Shown: positions 31,954 through 41,521 of the stretch, one piece after another | Numbering within the stretch: the first letter of the stretch is position 1 | Layout of the letters: every line of letters starts with the position of its first letter | Source: Alphaproteobacteria bacterium | GTDB lineage: Bacteria > Pseudomonadota > Alphaproteobacteria > CAAHEQ01 > UBA3637 | Direction of reading: 5' to 3' | Length of the DNA: 50,766 nucleotides | Assembly: GCA_017457425.1 (NCBI GenBank) | Contig: JAFTHM010000001.1 | Span: 1-50,766 of the forward strand | Translations under genes and position numbers: made by a program | Notes under the pieces: generated by a model | Databases searched by the model: none | The model's input: only the letters and a program-made list of their open reading frames with translations | What the model was told of the DNA's origin: nothing

Positions 31954-33491
31954 CAATCCCAGTATGTGATTTTTGGCATAGGTGCGTAAATTGAAATAAC
32001 TTCTTTAACCCATTCAGCATTAACCGCTGATTTATCCTCAAGTGTGGTTGCACCAGTTGGAACTATTGGAGCGGTTGTAAATGTTTTTAAATCGTTGATT
32101 GTTTGATTACCCTTCAACGCCATGTATTCTGATTTCAAATCATTCCAATCAACTGATCTGAATGGATTTTTAACTTTGAAATTAGAAATGACACCGTTTG
32201 TTAATGTGCAGCTACCAATATGAACGTGTGCATACTCATATACGCCATCAGCATTTACATTTTTAACTTCATCATAAAAATACGTATCTTTTGATAATCT
32301 AGCGAATGATTGACCATCAAAGAATAAACAGGCTTCAGCCAAAATTTCAGTATTAGCAAATGTTCTCGTTCTAACATACTTGTTTTCAACCTCAAGGTTT
32401 TTAATCGTTCCGTCTGCATTTCTACCGTTTGGAGCAAGTCCTTTAACACCAGGTAAAGCAAATACAGTTGAACCAATAACACCAAAGCCGTTGAAAACTT
32501 CATCAATGGAAGTGCATATATTATTAGCTACCGTAACACGTGCTATCGGTAATGAAAATACTACACCACTTGATACACCATCTGTATAAAATCTTACGGT
32601 GTTGGTTGTCGTATTATAGAACAATCCATTATGGTTAGAAGGAACGCTTGTACCACTTGCGGTAGTATTTGTAGCCGCCCACGAAACACTACCAGTATTG
32701 GTGCATACCAAGTAATATTCATTGTTATTTGTAATAGTTGCTGTTTTATCCTCGCTCACAACAATCTCGTCAAAATCCTCACTATCGTTTGGCACATAAA
32801 CTTTGGAACCAGCTTTTAAAGTTAAAACACCATCTTTTAACTCAAGTTTAATATCTTGTGCAATGTGAGTAATACAGTTTGTTTTATCAACGTCTAATTC
32901 AGATAAAACAGTTCCAAGGTGATCCTCAAAGTGTCCACGTGTGTTTTCAGTATTTGTATATTGATAATACAAGCGACCAGCTAATCTTTCACTAACTGGA
33001 ATAGTCTCACCAAATGGAATATAAATAACGCCAGCGTCATAAATACCAGCCAACTCATTAATTCGGTCAATCCATTGTTTCAAGATTGTCGGATAATTAG
33101 CCGTAATATGATTATCACCATCAATCGAACCTCGATTAATCATAATCCCTTTATAACTATAAAAAACGGCTGTATTTTCACCATCTTTAATATCTTCTTT
33201 AAAGACAATTTGATATGTGATAGCACCCTCTTGACGCAATGAATATTCTTGAACATCCCAGGTTAAATTTAATTTGTCCTCGGTTGCGTCATAAGTTTTC
33301 ACAAGTTCAGTCATGTCAATATCACCATTGATAGATGTAATGGCGTAAGCTGTGTAATTTCTCAGATCAACCTCGCCATACATATAACTATCAAGCGTGA
33401 AGTTTAAAGTGGTTGTTTCATTCTCAAATTGAAAGAAATTCACCACCGCTGGGTTTAATTCACGATTGGAAATTTTAATTGAAATATCCAT
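31953..33491 (-). CDS. Tail fibre / baseplate upper protein-like (BppU-N-like N-terminus)
   Basis: The N-terminal 150 aa resemble the BppU_N Ig-like domain pattern. Sits in a fibre context. Confidence 0.5.
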   Translation of the reverse strand: MDISIKISNRELNPAVVNFFQFENETTTLNFTLDSYMYGEVDLRNYTAYAITSINGDIDMTELVKTYDATEDKLNLTWDVQEYSLRQEGAITYQIVFKEDIKDGENTAVFYSYKGIMINRGSIDGDNHITANYPTILKQWIDRINELAGIYDAGVIYIPFGETIPVSERLAGRLYYQYTNTENTRGHFEDHLGTVLSELDVDKTNCITHIAQDIKLELKDGVLTLKAGSKVYVPNDSEDFDEIVVSEDKTATITNNNEYYLVCTNTGSVSWAATNTTASGTSVPSNHNGLFYNTTTNTVRFYTDGVSSGVVFSLPIARVTVANNICTSIDEVFNGFGVIGSTVFALPGVKGLAPNGRNADGTIKNLEVENKYVRTRTFANTEILAEACLFFDGQSFARLSKDTYFYDEVKNVNADGVYEYAHVHIGSCTLTNGVISNFKVKNPFRSVDWNDLKSEYMALKGNQTINDLKTFTTAPIVPTGATTLEDKSAVNAEWVKEVISIYAPMPKITYWD

Positions 33492-33503
33492 ATCATCAAA
33501 CTC

Positions 33504-34727
33504 CTATTTTGATTTTTCCAATTCCTCAACTCTTTTTTGTAATTGTTGAACGGCTACAATTAACGGGCCAACTAATTCTGAATAACTTACTGATAAATAA
33601 CCGTCTTTATCTTCTTTCACGAGTCGTTTTGCAAGTTCCGGATCTGCTTTAATTAAATCTTGAGCAATTACACCAATTCTTCTGTCATCTTCACAACCAA
33701 TATAATTGTATTCTTTAACACTCAACTTGTTCACAAATTCACAAGCACGTTTAACATCAAGGTCTTCAATACCCTCTTTCAAACGTTCATCAGAAGCAAC
33801 TGTAATGGCCACACGTGAGTAAATCGTTGAACCAACAATATAAGTTTCAAGGTTGTTTGAACCAACTGTTAAACGTGAATCTGTGGCATATAACCCTTGA
33901 TTGCCTTTGACTTTAACAAGCCCACCACTGAAATTAACCTCACCGCTTACCGTTCCACCTGTTGCTGGTAAATAATCCAATGTTACATTGCCGCTTGCGT
34001 CTGCTTCAATGTTGTTAATTGAACGAACAACATCTTTACCATTCCAAAGCAACGCACCGTTTTTATAACCCAAGAGTTGATAACGTGTTGTTCCATCATG
34101 AGCTACCAAAGCAAATCCAATTGACCCACTATTATTTTTACCGTTTAATTGCAAATAACTTGATGATGTATCAGTTCCACCAGAAACAACCGTTGATGAA
34201 TCATCCGTTGATTTTTTAATGTTTGTTCCGGTTGATGAAAATGTTATTGCACCCGTCATAATTCCACCGGCCAACGGCATATAAGCGTGAGTGTGGGTGC
34301 TTAAAGAATAAATGCTATGCGTATGATCAGCGGCTGCGTAATCATGAGTATGTGAGCTATTAGCGTATTCACTATGAGTATGGTTTGAATCCGCTTTACC
34401 AGATAAAGCCTCATTTGTTGCATAGTTACTATGTGTATGATCCGTTGTTGCATATTCAGAGTGGGTGTGGTTTTCTTCCGCTTTACCATCAACAACGTCA
34501 TTCAACCAAAGGTTTTGGTCTTTATAAGCAATTACATTAGAGCTGATTTCAGCTAATTGTTGAACACTAGCTTCTTTAAAAGTGTTATCGCTTCTGTCAT
34601 ACCATTTACCAATTAAACTTTCATCATACGAATCAATTAAAATATATTCTGGATGATCTAATGGTTGTTCACTCGATTGAATAGTCCAAACCACGTCATT
34701 CATATTCAATAATGCGTAATAATACAT
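33504..34727 (-). CDS. Tail fibre with HxH repeats and a C-terminal S74 intramolecular-chaperone domain
   Basis: HTHSEYA / HTHSNYA / HTHSEYA / HTHDYA / HTHSIY / HTHAY repeats. C-terminus SDERLKEGIEDL...IGVIAQDL... Confidence 0.75.
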   Translation of the reverse strand: MYYYALLNMNDVVWTIQSSEQPLDHPEYILIDSYDESLIGKWYDRSDNTFKEASVQQLAEISSNVIAYKDQNLWLNDVVDGKAEENHTHSEYATTDHTHSNYATNEALSGKADSNHTHSEYANSSHTHDYAAADHTHSIYSLSTHTHAYMPLAGGIMTGAITFSSTGTNIKKSTDDSSTVVSGGTDTSSSYLQLNGKNNSGSIGFALVAHDGTTRYQLLGYKNGALLWNGKDVVRSINNIEADASGNVTLDYLPATGGTVSGEVNFSGGLVKVKGNQGLYATDSRLTVGSNNLETYIVGSTIYSRVAITVASDERLKEGIEDLDVKRACEFVNKLSVKEYNYIGCEDDRRIGVIAQDLIKADPELAKRLVKEDKDGYLSVSYSELVGPLIVAVQQLQKRVEELEKSK

Positions 34728-34797
34728 TCACCACTCCTTTTGTTAAATTATACCTTTAATCATAATAATAGCTTTTATCTAATTTGCAACAACTTTT

Positions 34798-34941
34798 TTA
34801 ATAAACAGGTTTTTCTGGCAATAAATGTTTTTCCAACGGAAGGAGCTTCCCTCCATCTTTCCAAAACTGAATTTCATCCCTGGCTTCTTCTTCCGTGTAA
34901 CCACGCTCAACCATTTCTTTTATAAACTCTTTTTCCGTCAT
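34798..34941 (-). CDS. Small ORF (47 aa), translationally coupled to the MuF gene
   Basis: ATGA overlap with the MuF stop. MTEKEFIKEMVERGYTEEEARDEIQFWKDGGKLLPLEKHLLPEKPVY. Below the ORF-track cutoff. Confidence 0.45.
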   Translation of the reverse strand: MTEKEFIKEMVERGYTEEEARDEIQFWKDGGKLLPLEKHLLPEKPVY

Positions 34942-36779
34942 AATTTAAACTTCCTTTCATACTCTTTTTCAATCAATTCACCAATAGCCTTTGAAATATC
35001 ACGAGGTTCAGGGTTGTTTCTATACTCGGCCCACGCCTCAGCAATTGTTTCCCTCTTATTTGTCCTCAAACTGCTGCTATTAATGGCGTATTTACTCAGA
35101 TTATTTTTTGTAACGTGCTTTCCGTTGACACCTTGATTATAAATTTTAATGAAATCTGGGTTGTTTGAAATATCGAGCAAATAATCCAACTGATGACCAA
35201 ATTCATGGTCAAAAACAGATTTCACGGTGTCACAACCGACTGGGTGGAATTGTGATTCAAGGCTTCGTTTTAATCCGGATTTTAGCAGTGGTAAATCAGA
35301 ACCATATTTTTTATTAATGGCAATACCGCTGAACATATCGTCTTTGAAATAATCCCTATGGTCAAAGGCGTGGGCCCATTCGCCGGATGTTCTGAAATAA
35401 GATGTAACTTTTGATTTAATCTTTTTATCTATGTATTTACTACCATACGCCTCACGATATGGTGCATAGTGTTTTTCATAATATTTTTGAACGGCGTCAC
35501 CAAGGAATTTCTTTTTCTCTTGAGCAGATCCCCAAAAGTTAATATTCTTTTTAAGTTCTGGGAAATCATTAAAATGCTCGGCTAATGACTTATTCATATC
35601 ATTTGCGATTTCAAGATCAACATTTTTAAAGCTCACATTTTCAACACCGGAATCCCTTGCGAATTGTTCAGCCTCTTGAATGGTTTCAGCTGGTTTAAAT
35701 ATGTTATACACTTTGACAACATCTTCAAGCGATTCGGTAACATCACCTTCAACAAACTGTTTATACCAATCGCCGTATTTCATATTGCCGTCAATGTAGA
35801 TTGTTTTTCCTTCTTCATCCCTGGCCGCTCTTTCTGTTATGTTATCTTCAAAGTATGGCACCATGACAGAACGACACCGACAATGTAGAGGTGGTGCATT
35901 TACGCCGATCTGAATTTCATTGCTCTTAAATACTTTTCCATCCATCGACTGGCAAATTTCACTTGTATGATTATCCAGCGTTGCCACAAACTCTTGCATT
36001 TCAACATCAAGCTCTTTGTAGCAATCCTGTTGAGCCACGGTTCCAAAATACGCCGATTCGGTCATGACCAAATTACCAGCTTTACTCTTGGCCACTTTAA
36101 ATTTATGTGCAATAGCATTTATAGCCTTATCCGGTGCTTGGCCCCGAATAATTGATTGAGTCAATGTTGTATGTAAATCATTAACCAAAGCGGGGCGGTG
36201 ATTTCCCCAAATACGTTCTGAAAAGTTTTTACCGTCAGCCGTCCAGGGTTTACTCAACACTTTGGAAATTCTATTATTATCTAACTTGGCCATGCTATGA
36301 CCTACACCCATACCGGTTTGAATCAAATGAGCGTTCCGGTAATATCCCTCGGTGTAAATATCGGCCATAACGTTTGAGAAATCATCAGCTTCTTTCCCCA
36401 TTAACATTTCAACTTGATTTTGCATGTGAATTTTCATAGCCTCAAGCCGTGAAATCCGGTAACGCAATGACGCATTTTCAAGTTGTTTCGTCCAAGCTGG
36501 ATCAACAACATTTTTCTTCCCGTATTTTATGTAATCCTGAACCGACCATCTGAATTCTTCTAACTCATCACCCGTTAATAGTTTTTTAGCCCCTGATAAC
36601 GTGATATTGTTTTCAGTGGCTAAACGTGTATAGAGCTTATTTATTTCTTTTGTCGTATCATTTGCCGCTTTTTGATATTGCCGTTCCAAATCGTGATAAT
36701 ATTTCACGCCTTTATTGTGTAAAGCGTCCTCAAGTTGCAAAGTTCTATTTTGCCAATAATCACTTGTCTTCGTTGCCAT
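34938..36779 (-). CDS. MuF / SPP1 gp7-like minor head protein fused to an LF-like (HEFGH) zinc metalloprotease domain
   Basis: The MuF core ends at PPLHCRCRSVMVPYF. C-terminal roughly 250 aa carry HEFGHQLDYLL ... RETIAEAWAEY. Confidence 0.75.
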   Translation of the reverse strand: MATKTSDYWQNRTLQLEDALHNKGVKYYHDLERQYQKAANDTTKEINKLYTRLATENNITLSGAKKLLTGDELEEFRWSVQDYIKYGKKNVVDPAWTKQLENASLRYRISRLEAMKIHMQNQVEMLMGKEADDFSNVMADIYTEGYYRNAHLIQTGMGVGHSMAKLDNNRISKVLSKPWTADGKNFSERIWGNHRPALVNDLHTTLTQSIIRGQAPDKAINAIAHKFKVAKSKAGNLVMTESAYFGTVAQQDCYKELDVEMQEFVATLDNHTSEICQSMDGKVFKSNEIQIGVNAPPLHCRCRSVMVPYFEDNITERAARDEEGKTIYIDGNMKYGDWYKQFVEGDVTESLEDVVKVYNIFKPAETIQEAEQFARDSGVENVSFKNVDLEIANDMNKSLAEHFNDFPELKKNINFWGSAQEKKKFLGDAVQKYYEKHYAPYREAYGSKYIDKKIKSKVTSYFRTSGEWAHAFDHRDYFKDDMFSGIAINKKYGSDLPLLKSGLKRSLESQFHPVGCDTVKSVFDHEFGHQLDYLLDISNNPDFIKIYNQGVNGKHVTKNNLSKYAINSSSLRTNKRETIAEAWAEYRNNPEPRDISKAIGELIEKEYERKFKL

Positions 36780-38247
36780 TGTTAAAACCACCGTTCATAT
36801 CGCCATTAGTGGGTAAATTGCCGCCATAAGCGTCAATAGCTTCTTTTTCTTCCTCTTTAACCTGTTTTAATTCATCTTCAATGTCATCAATAAATGGAAC
36901 CTGGGCCAACAAAGTACGGTTTGAAATCTTAACACCTGCATTCGTCAACATTTGCATGATTTCAGTTTCATTTACAACGCCATCACGGTTGAAAATAATC
37001 TCAACATCCTTTTCTTCCACCGATTCGCTATTATTCAAGTGTTTATTAACGAACCATAACACTTCTTCCAAAGCACATTGAAATTCTGTTTCCATATCAT
37101 TGGCGTCAAGGTCAATATCAGAATAGATTGATTTAATGTTCATCTGGTTTGGTGATCCGCCAGTTCTCAACTCGCTGAAATCATAACCCTTGCAATTTTC
37201 AATCAATGCTTTCTTGAAAATCTTTAAAATAGATTCATAGTTTGCAGAATTGACTTCAACTGTCAACGTGCGAACATCACCACGGGCCCCATCACCAGAA
37301 CGAACCTTAACGGCTCCATACTGTGCTAAATTTTTACGGAACTCGGCCAAATCTGTGCCATCATAGTTTTCAAGAACAAGAATTGTATTCCTTGCGTCTT
37401 CTTCCATATTGTTTTTAAAAGTGCTGATAATATCGTTAATTGAATCCTGGAGCGTTTTACACTTTTTAATAAGCGGAATTTCTTTGGCGTTATATTTAAA
37501 AGCAATCAGCGGAATGCGTTCCCAATTATAAGCCTTTTCATCAACCTTTAAATAACTTTCATGAGCCTTTTTAACATCCGGAACCAACCGGTTATTTTCA
37601 AAAGTATAATAATCAATGCCGTTTTTAGTGTAAATTTCAATCTTTTGAATTACATCATGCGGACTTGTCGCATTCGGTTTTTCTTCCAAATATAAACGAA
37701 CCGCCATTTCTAAATCAGTATGAGCGGTATCATTCCAAAACGGCAAAATCTCATAACCAGGGAATTTTTTAAACTTCAATTCGCCATTGTCATAATAAGG
37801 GCAAAGCCAAGCAATACCGCCGTTTAAACAATCCTCGCCTAAATCTTTCAAAGTCTTATGAAATTTTTTATTAAACACTTTTTTCAAAGCGTGAGTGTAT
37901 GTGTCATCTTCACAATCAAAGCTAATCGGCTGGCCCAACAGATAATTCTTTTTCTGATCCACCATTTTTGCGTATTGATTATCAACTTTGCGGTTGTTTG
38001 GTAAGTTTTTGATAACTTCCAGTTTCCCATCCTTGCCTAAGACGGTTCTTTCTTTCGTTAAAATATCGTGATTACCTTGATAATAACGCTCACCGTCTAA
38101 TTGTTCTTTTCGTTCCTTGGACAATATCCAATTCGCAATTTTAGTTTCAAGATACCGTTTGTCAGTTAGATTTTGATTGTTTTCAGCAGCAATAATCATC
38201 TTTTTCCCAGCCCAACCAATAAAGTTTCTAATAATGTTATTCATCAA
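36760..38247 (-). CDS. Portal protein (SPP1 gp6-like)
   Basis: 495 aa, between terminase and MuF, with an acidic C-terminus. Confidence 0.85.
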   Translation of the reverse strand: MMNNIIRNFIGWAGKKMIIAAENNQNLTDKRYLETKIANWILSKERKEQLDGERYYQGNHDILTKERTVLGKDGKLEVIKNLPNNRKVDNQYAKMVDQKKNYLLGQPISFDCEDDTYTHALKKVFNKKFHKTLKDLGEDCLNGGIAWLCPYYDNGELKFKKFPGYEILPFWNDTAHTDLEMAVRLYLEEKPNATSPHDVIQKIEIYTKNGIDYYTFENNRLVPDVKKAHESYLKVDEKAYNWERIPLIAFKYNAKEIPLIKKCKTLQDSINDIISTFKNNMEEDARNTILVLENYDGTDLAEFRKNLAQYGAVKVRSGDGARGDVRTLTVEVNSANYESILKIFKKALIENCKGYDFSELRTGGSPNQMNIKSIYSDIDLDANDMETEFQCALEEVLWFVNKHLNNSESVEEKDVEIIFNRDGVVNETEIMQMLTNAGVKISNRTLLAQVPFIDDIEDELKQVKEEEKEAIDAYGGNLPTNGDMNGGFNNGNEDK

Positions 38248-38316
38248 TTACTTCCCTCATAAGAGACGACTCACAATTTTTTATACTCTCAAAAAAAATC
38301 AATGTCAAACACATAT

Positions 38317-39570
38317 TTAATCAAATCCGATAAGAGAACCACGGCTAAAATCTTCTAATGCGTAACGCATGGCGTCCATCAAATGGTTAAAGTCGTCAAT
38401 CGGTTTATTAATCTTTGTTCCGAACTTGTCCTCATCCCAGGTATAGTTTGATATTTCCGTAATGAAATTAACGCACCGAGGATGAATTATGATTTTGAAA
38501 TCCTGTATGTAATCAATACCGTTTAAAATGCTATCCTTGCCTTTTCTGGCCTTGCGAATCCGACTTAAACCTAAATCATACAACCTGTCAATGCTCTTTG
38601 GCTCGGCACTATCAGCGGTGATCTTCTCTTTGGCAAATCCCATTTTTAAAATCTCGTCATAAATCATTTCATTAGACATTGCCTTTTGATACATTTCATC
38701 AAACACATAGATTTCTTTGGCTTCAGTGTCGATTAAGCCACAAAATAAAGCGGATGGGTCATTTGTATAACCAAAGTCAAGACCAAAGGCCGATTTAACA
38801 CCTGGGCGATTAGATACGGCTTGAATGTTGAAATCTTTTTCTTCCCAGTTCTCATAAACAAGGCCCTCAACGATACCCCACTCACCCAAACCAGCTACAC
38901 GGTAACGCTTCGGCCTGTTGATCCGCATTTCCTCAAACATTTTTAAATCGGCTTCATCCAACCATTCATTACACATATAATTTGTTGTCTTGGCCAGTAT
39001 TTCCGGACTTTCAACATCAAAGAACCGCTTTTTAATCCAATGCTTATCAGTCCAGGGGTTAAACGTGAGCGTCACCTGCTTCCATAGACTTTCACTAATT
39101 TGACCACGGATAGACTCGTCAAGCATATTAAAATCTTCTTCTTTTGTGATTTCATACGCTTCTTCAATCCAACACCAGCAAAGATGACCAACATCCACGG
39201 TTATAGATGTAACTTTCAGCGGATCATCAAGGCCCCGGAATAGAATTTTTTGACCGGTTGGAATATAAGTCATTTCAAGCGGGTTCGTGTTACACTTCCA
39301 CAAATGCTCAACACCTAACCGTTGCATGGCCCATTTAAGCTCTTTATAACAAGAATCTTTGAGTGTGCGTTCAGTCTTACGAATTACAAGTAAATTGGCT
39401 TCAGGGTGTTGAATAAGTTTTGTTATGTAATAAAGACCGGTTGTTTTTGATTTCTTACTGGCACGGCTACCTTTACAAACACGATAGCGACCTTTGAAAC
39501 GCCAAAAGTCGCGATAACCTTTACCGACTAAATCCGGTAAATACTTCGTGTTAGTCTTTAATTTCATCAT
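38317..39570 (-). CDS. terL: Terminase large subunit (PBSX / XtmB-like)
   Basis: Walker A-like CKGSRASKKSKT, nuclease-half acidic motifs, and overlap with the terS end. Confidence 0.9.
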   Translation of the reverse strand: MMKLKTNTKYLPDLVGKGYRDFWRFKGRYRVCKGSRASKKSKTTGLYYITKLIQHPEANLLVIRKTERTLKDSCYKELKWAMQRLGVEHLWKCNTNPLEMTYIPTGQKILFRGLDDPLKVTSITVDVGHLCWCWIEEAYEITKEEDFNMLDESIRGQISESLWKQVTLTFNPWTDKHWIKKRFFDVESPEILAKTTNYMCNEWLDEADLKMFEEMRINRPKRYRVAGLGEWGIVEGLVYENWEEKDFNIQAVSNRPGVKSAFGLDFGYTNDPSALFCGLIDTEAKEIYVFDEMYQKAMSNEMIYDEILKMGFAKEKITADSAEPKSIDRLYDLGLSRIRKARKGKDSILNGIDYIQDFKIIIHPRCVNFITEISNYTWDEDKFGTKINKPIDDFNHLMDAMRYALEDFSRGSLIGFD

Positions 39571-39988
39571 CACCGCTCAACACAACAGGCAATTTACCAT
39601 CAAAACTCATATCACGCTTATCTTTGTAATCATCCGGTAACCAGTTTTTAAGTAAGAAAATCTGAGCGGATGTGTTGGCCGGAATCCACTTTCTAACCCT
39701 TCTGGCCGTGCCTTTATTGTCTAAAACTTGTTCCGTAACATAATAACCCTTGGCCGCTTTAAACGTTGCGTTAATCAGTTCAAGGCAGGCAACCCCACGT
39801 GATTTTTCAACCGTTGTCCTGAATGTTTCATATTTGTCTTTCCACTCAATGAATGTTTTGTGAGCGATACCCATATTTTTTGCAATTTGCTTATCATAAA
39901 GACCGTCTTCAATCCACTTTTTAATTTCAAGCAGACCTTCACCTTCAGTCCAATAAGTGCGTTTTTCTTCTCGTTTAACTCTTGCCAT
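39551..39988 (-). CDS. terS: Terminase small subunit
   Basis: HTH-like YDKQIAKNMGIAHKTFIEWK ... IFLLKNWLPDDYKDK, upstream of terL. Confidence 0.75.
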   Translation of the reverse strand: MARVKREEKRTYWTEGEGLLEIKKWIEDGLYDKQIAKNMGIAHKTFIEWKDKYETFRTTVEKSRGVACLELINATFKAAKGYYVTEQVLDNKGTARRVRKWIPANTSAQIFLLKNWLPDDYKDKRDMSFDGKLPVVLSGDDEIKD

Positions 39989-40042
39989 TTGTTAATCCTT
40001 TCACAAACACTATTAATCATTTAGCACCAAATTCAAAATAAA

Positions 40043-41308
40043 TCAATCTTTAATTAATTCAGCCTTTTGGCCGGTTAGAGTTTCCCAGCGGTCAATAATC
40101 ACATCAACGAATTTAGGGTCAAACTCCATCATGTAACACGTTCTATTTAATTGTTCACACGCTATAAGAGTTGAACCGGAACCACCAAACACATCAAGCA
40201 CAACTTCATTTCTTTGAGAACTGTTTTTAATGAAATGAGATAACAGTTTAATAGGCTTCATAGTCGGGTGTAAATCGTTCTTCAACGGCTTGTCAAACCT
40301 CACCACATCTGGGCCAAGCGAATCAACCAGCTTTTTAATGGCGTCTCTTAACTCAAACTCATCCATTAAATCATATTGTTCAACAACACTCGTTTGAGTT
40401 CGACCACCGTGCCAATTGCCAACCCGCTTCCCTTTGCAACCGAATAAACAAGGCTCATAAATGTTCTGATACTTGCTCCCGCCAATGACCAGTTGATTTT
40501 TAAGCCAGATCAATTCTTGCTTGAATGTTAAACCCGCTTTTTCAAGAGATGTGATAAATACACCTTTACCAAGCTCTTTATAAAATACATAAAAAGAGGC
40601 TTCGTCTTTCAAGAATAAGAACATATTTTTATAAACATCAACCAGGAAACGCTCAAATTCTTCATCTGGCATATTGTCATTTTTAATCTTTTTACCGGCT
40701 CTATCTTTTGAATTACCAGCCCCTTGATAATTCATATTGTAAGGCGGATCAGTAACCACAAGATCAGCAGCAATGCCATTCATAAGTTTTTCAACATCCG
40801 TAACACTCGTGGAATCCCCACACATCAAGCGGTGATTGCCTAATTTATAAACATCACCAAGTTTGGCCTTTGGTTCTTCAGGTAATTCAACCTCATAATT
40901 ATCTTCAGACGGATCGGTTTCAATCTCTTTTTCCAATTCATCAAACCCGAACAAACCCAAATCAATATTAGATAATTCCTCTAATTCCTCTTGTAACAAA
41001 TCAAAATCCCATTCGCTAAACTCAGCAACTTTGTTATCGGCCAGGCGATACGCCTTGACCTGTTCATCCGTCAGATCATCAGCAACGATACACGGCACTT
41101 TTGTAAGTTTGAGTTGTTCAGCAGCCTTATATCGAGTATGACCAGCAACAATTACATTGTTTTTATCAATTACAATGGGAACTTTAAAACCAAAATGTTT
41201 GATAGATTCGGCCACTTTATCAACGGCCTTTTCATTGTTTCGTGGGTTTTTTTCATAAGGGGTTAATTGTGTTAATTCTAAAAGTTGAATGTTCAAATGA
41301 AGTTTCAC
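40043..41308 (-). CDS. ParB-like nuclease domain fused to a DNA methyltransferase
   Basis: N-terminus YEKNPRNN...VIVAGHTRYKAA; MTase motifs TDPPYNM and DVFGGSGST. GTG start is uncertain. Confidence 0.85.
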   Translation of the reverse strand: MKLHLNIQLLELTQLTPYEKNPRNNEKAVDKVAESIKHFGFKVPIVIDKNNVIVAGHTRYKAAEQLKLTKVPCIVADDLTDEQVKAYRLADNKVAEFSEWDFDLLQEELEELSNIDLGLFGFDELEKEIETDPSEDNYEVELPEEPKAKLGDVYKLGNHRLMCGDSTSVTDVEKLMNGIAADLVVTDPPYNMNYQGAGNSKDRAGKKIKNDNMPDEEFERFLVDVYKNMFLFLKDEASFYVFYKELGKGVFITSLEKAGLTFKQELIWLKNQLVIGGSKYQNIYEPCLFGCKGKRVGNWHGGRTQTSVVEQYDLMDEFELRDAIKKLVDSLGPDVVRFDKPLKNDLHPTMKPIKLLSHFIKNSSQRNEVVLDVFGGSGSTLIACEQLNRTCYMMEFDPKFVDVIIDRWETLTGQKAELIKD

Positions 41309-41521
41309 GCCCTTTTTTAATATTTACTTATTTACAATTATATCATAAAAATCAGATACATATCGTAAAGAAATATCTAAAAAAGATACTAGAAATCAAG
41401 GATTTTCCTAATTTCCTTTAAAAATTCAAAGACGGAACGTAAATCACTATTTTTCATTTTTGATTAACCTTTCATAACATAAATAGAGCAAAAAACACCT
41501 CAAGTCAAACAAAAAAAGCAC

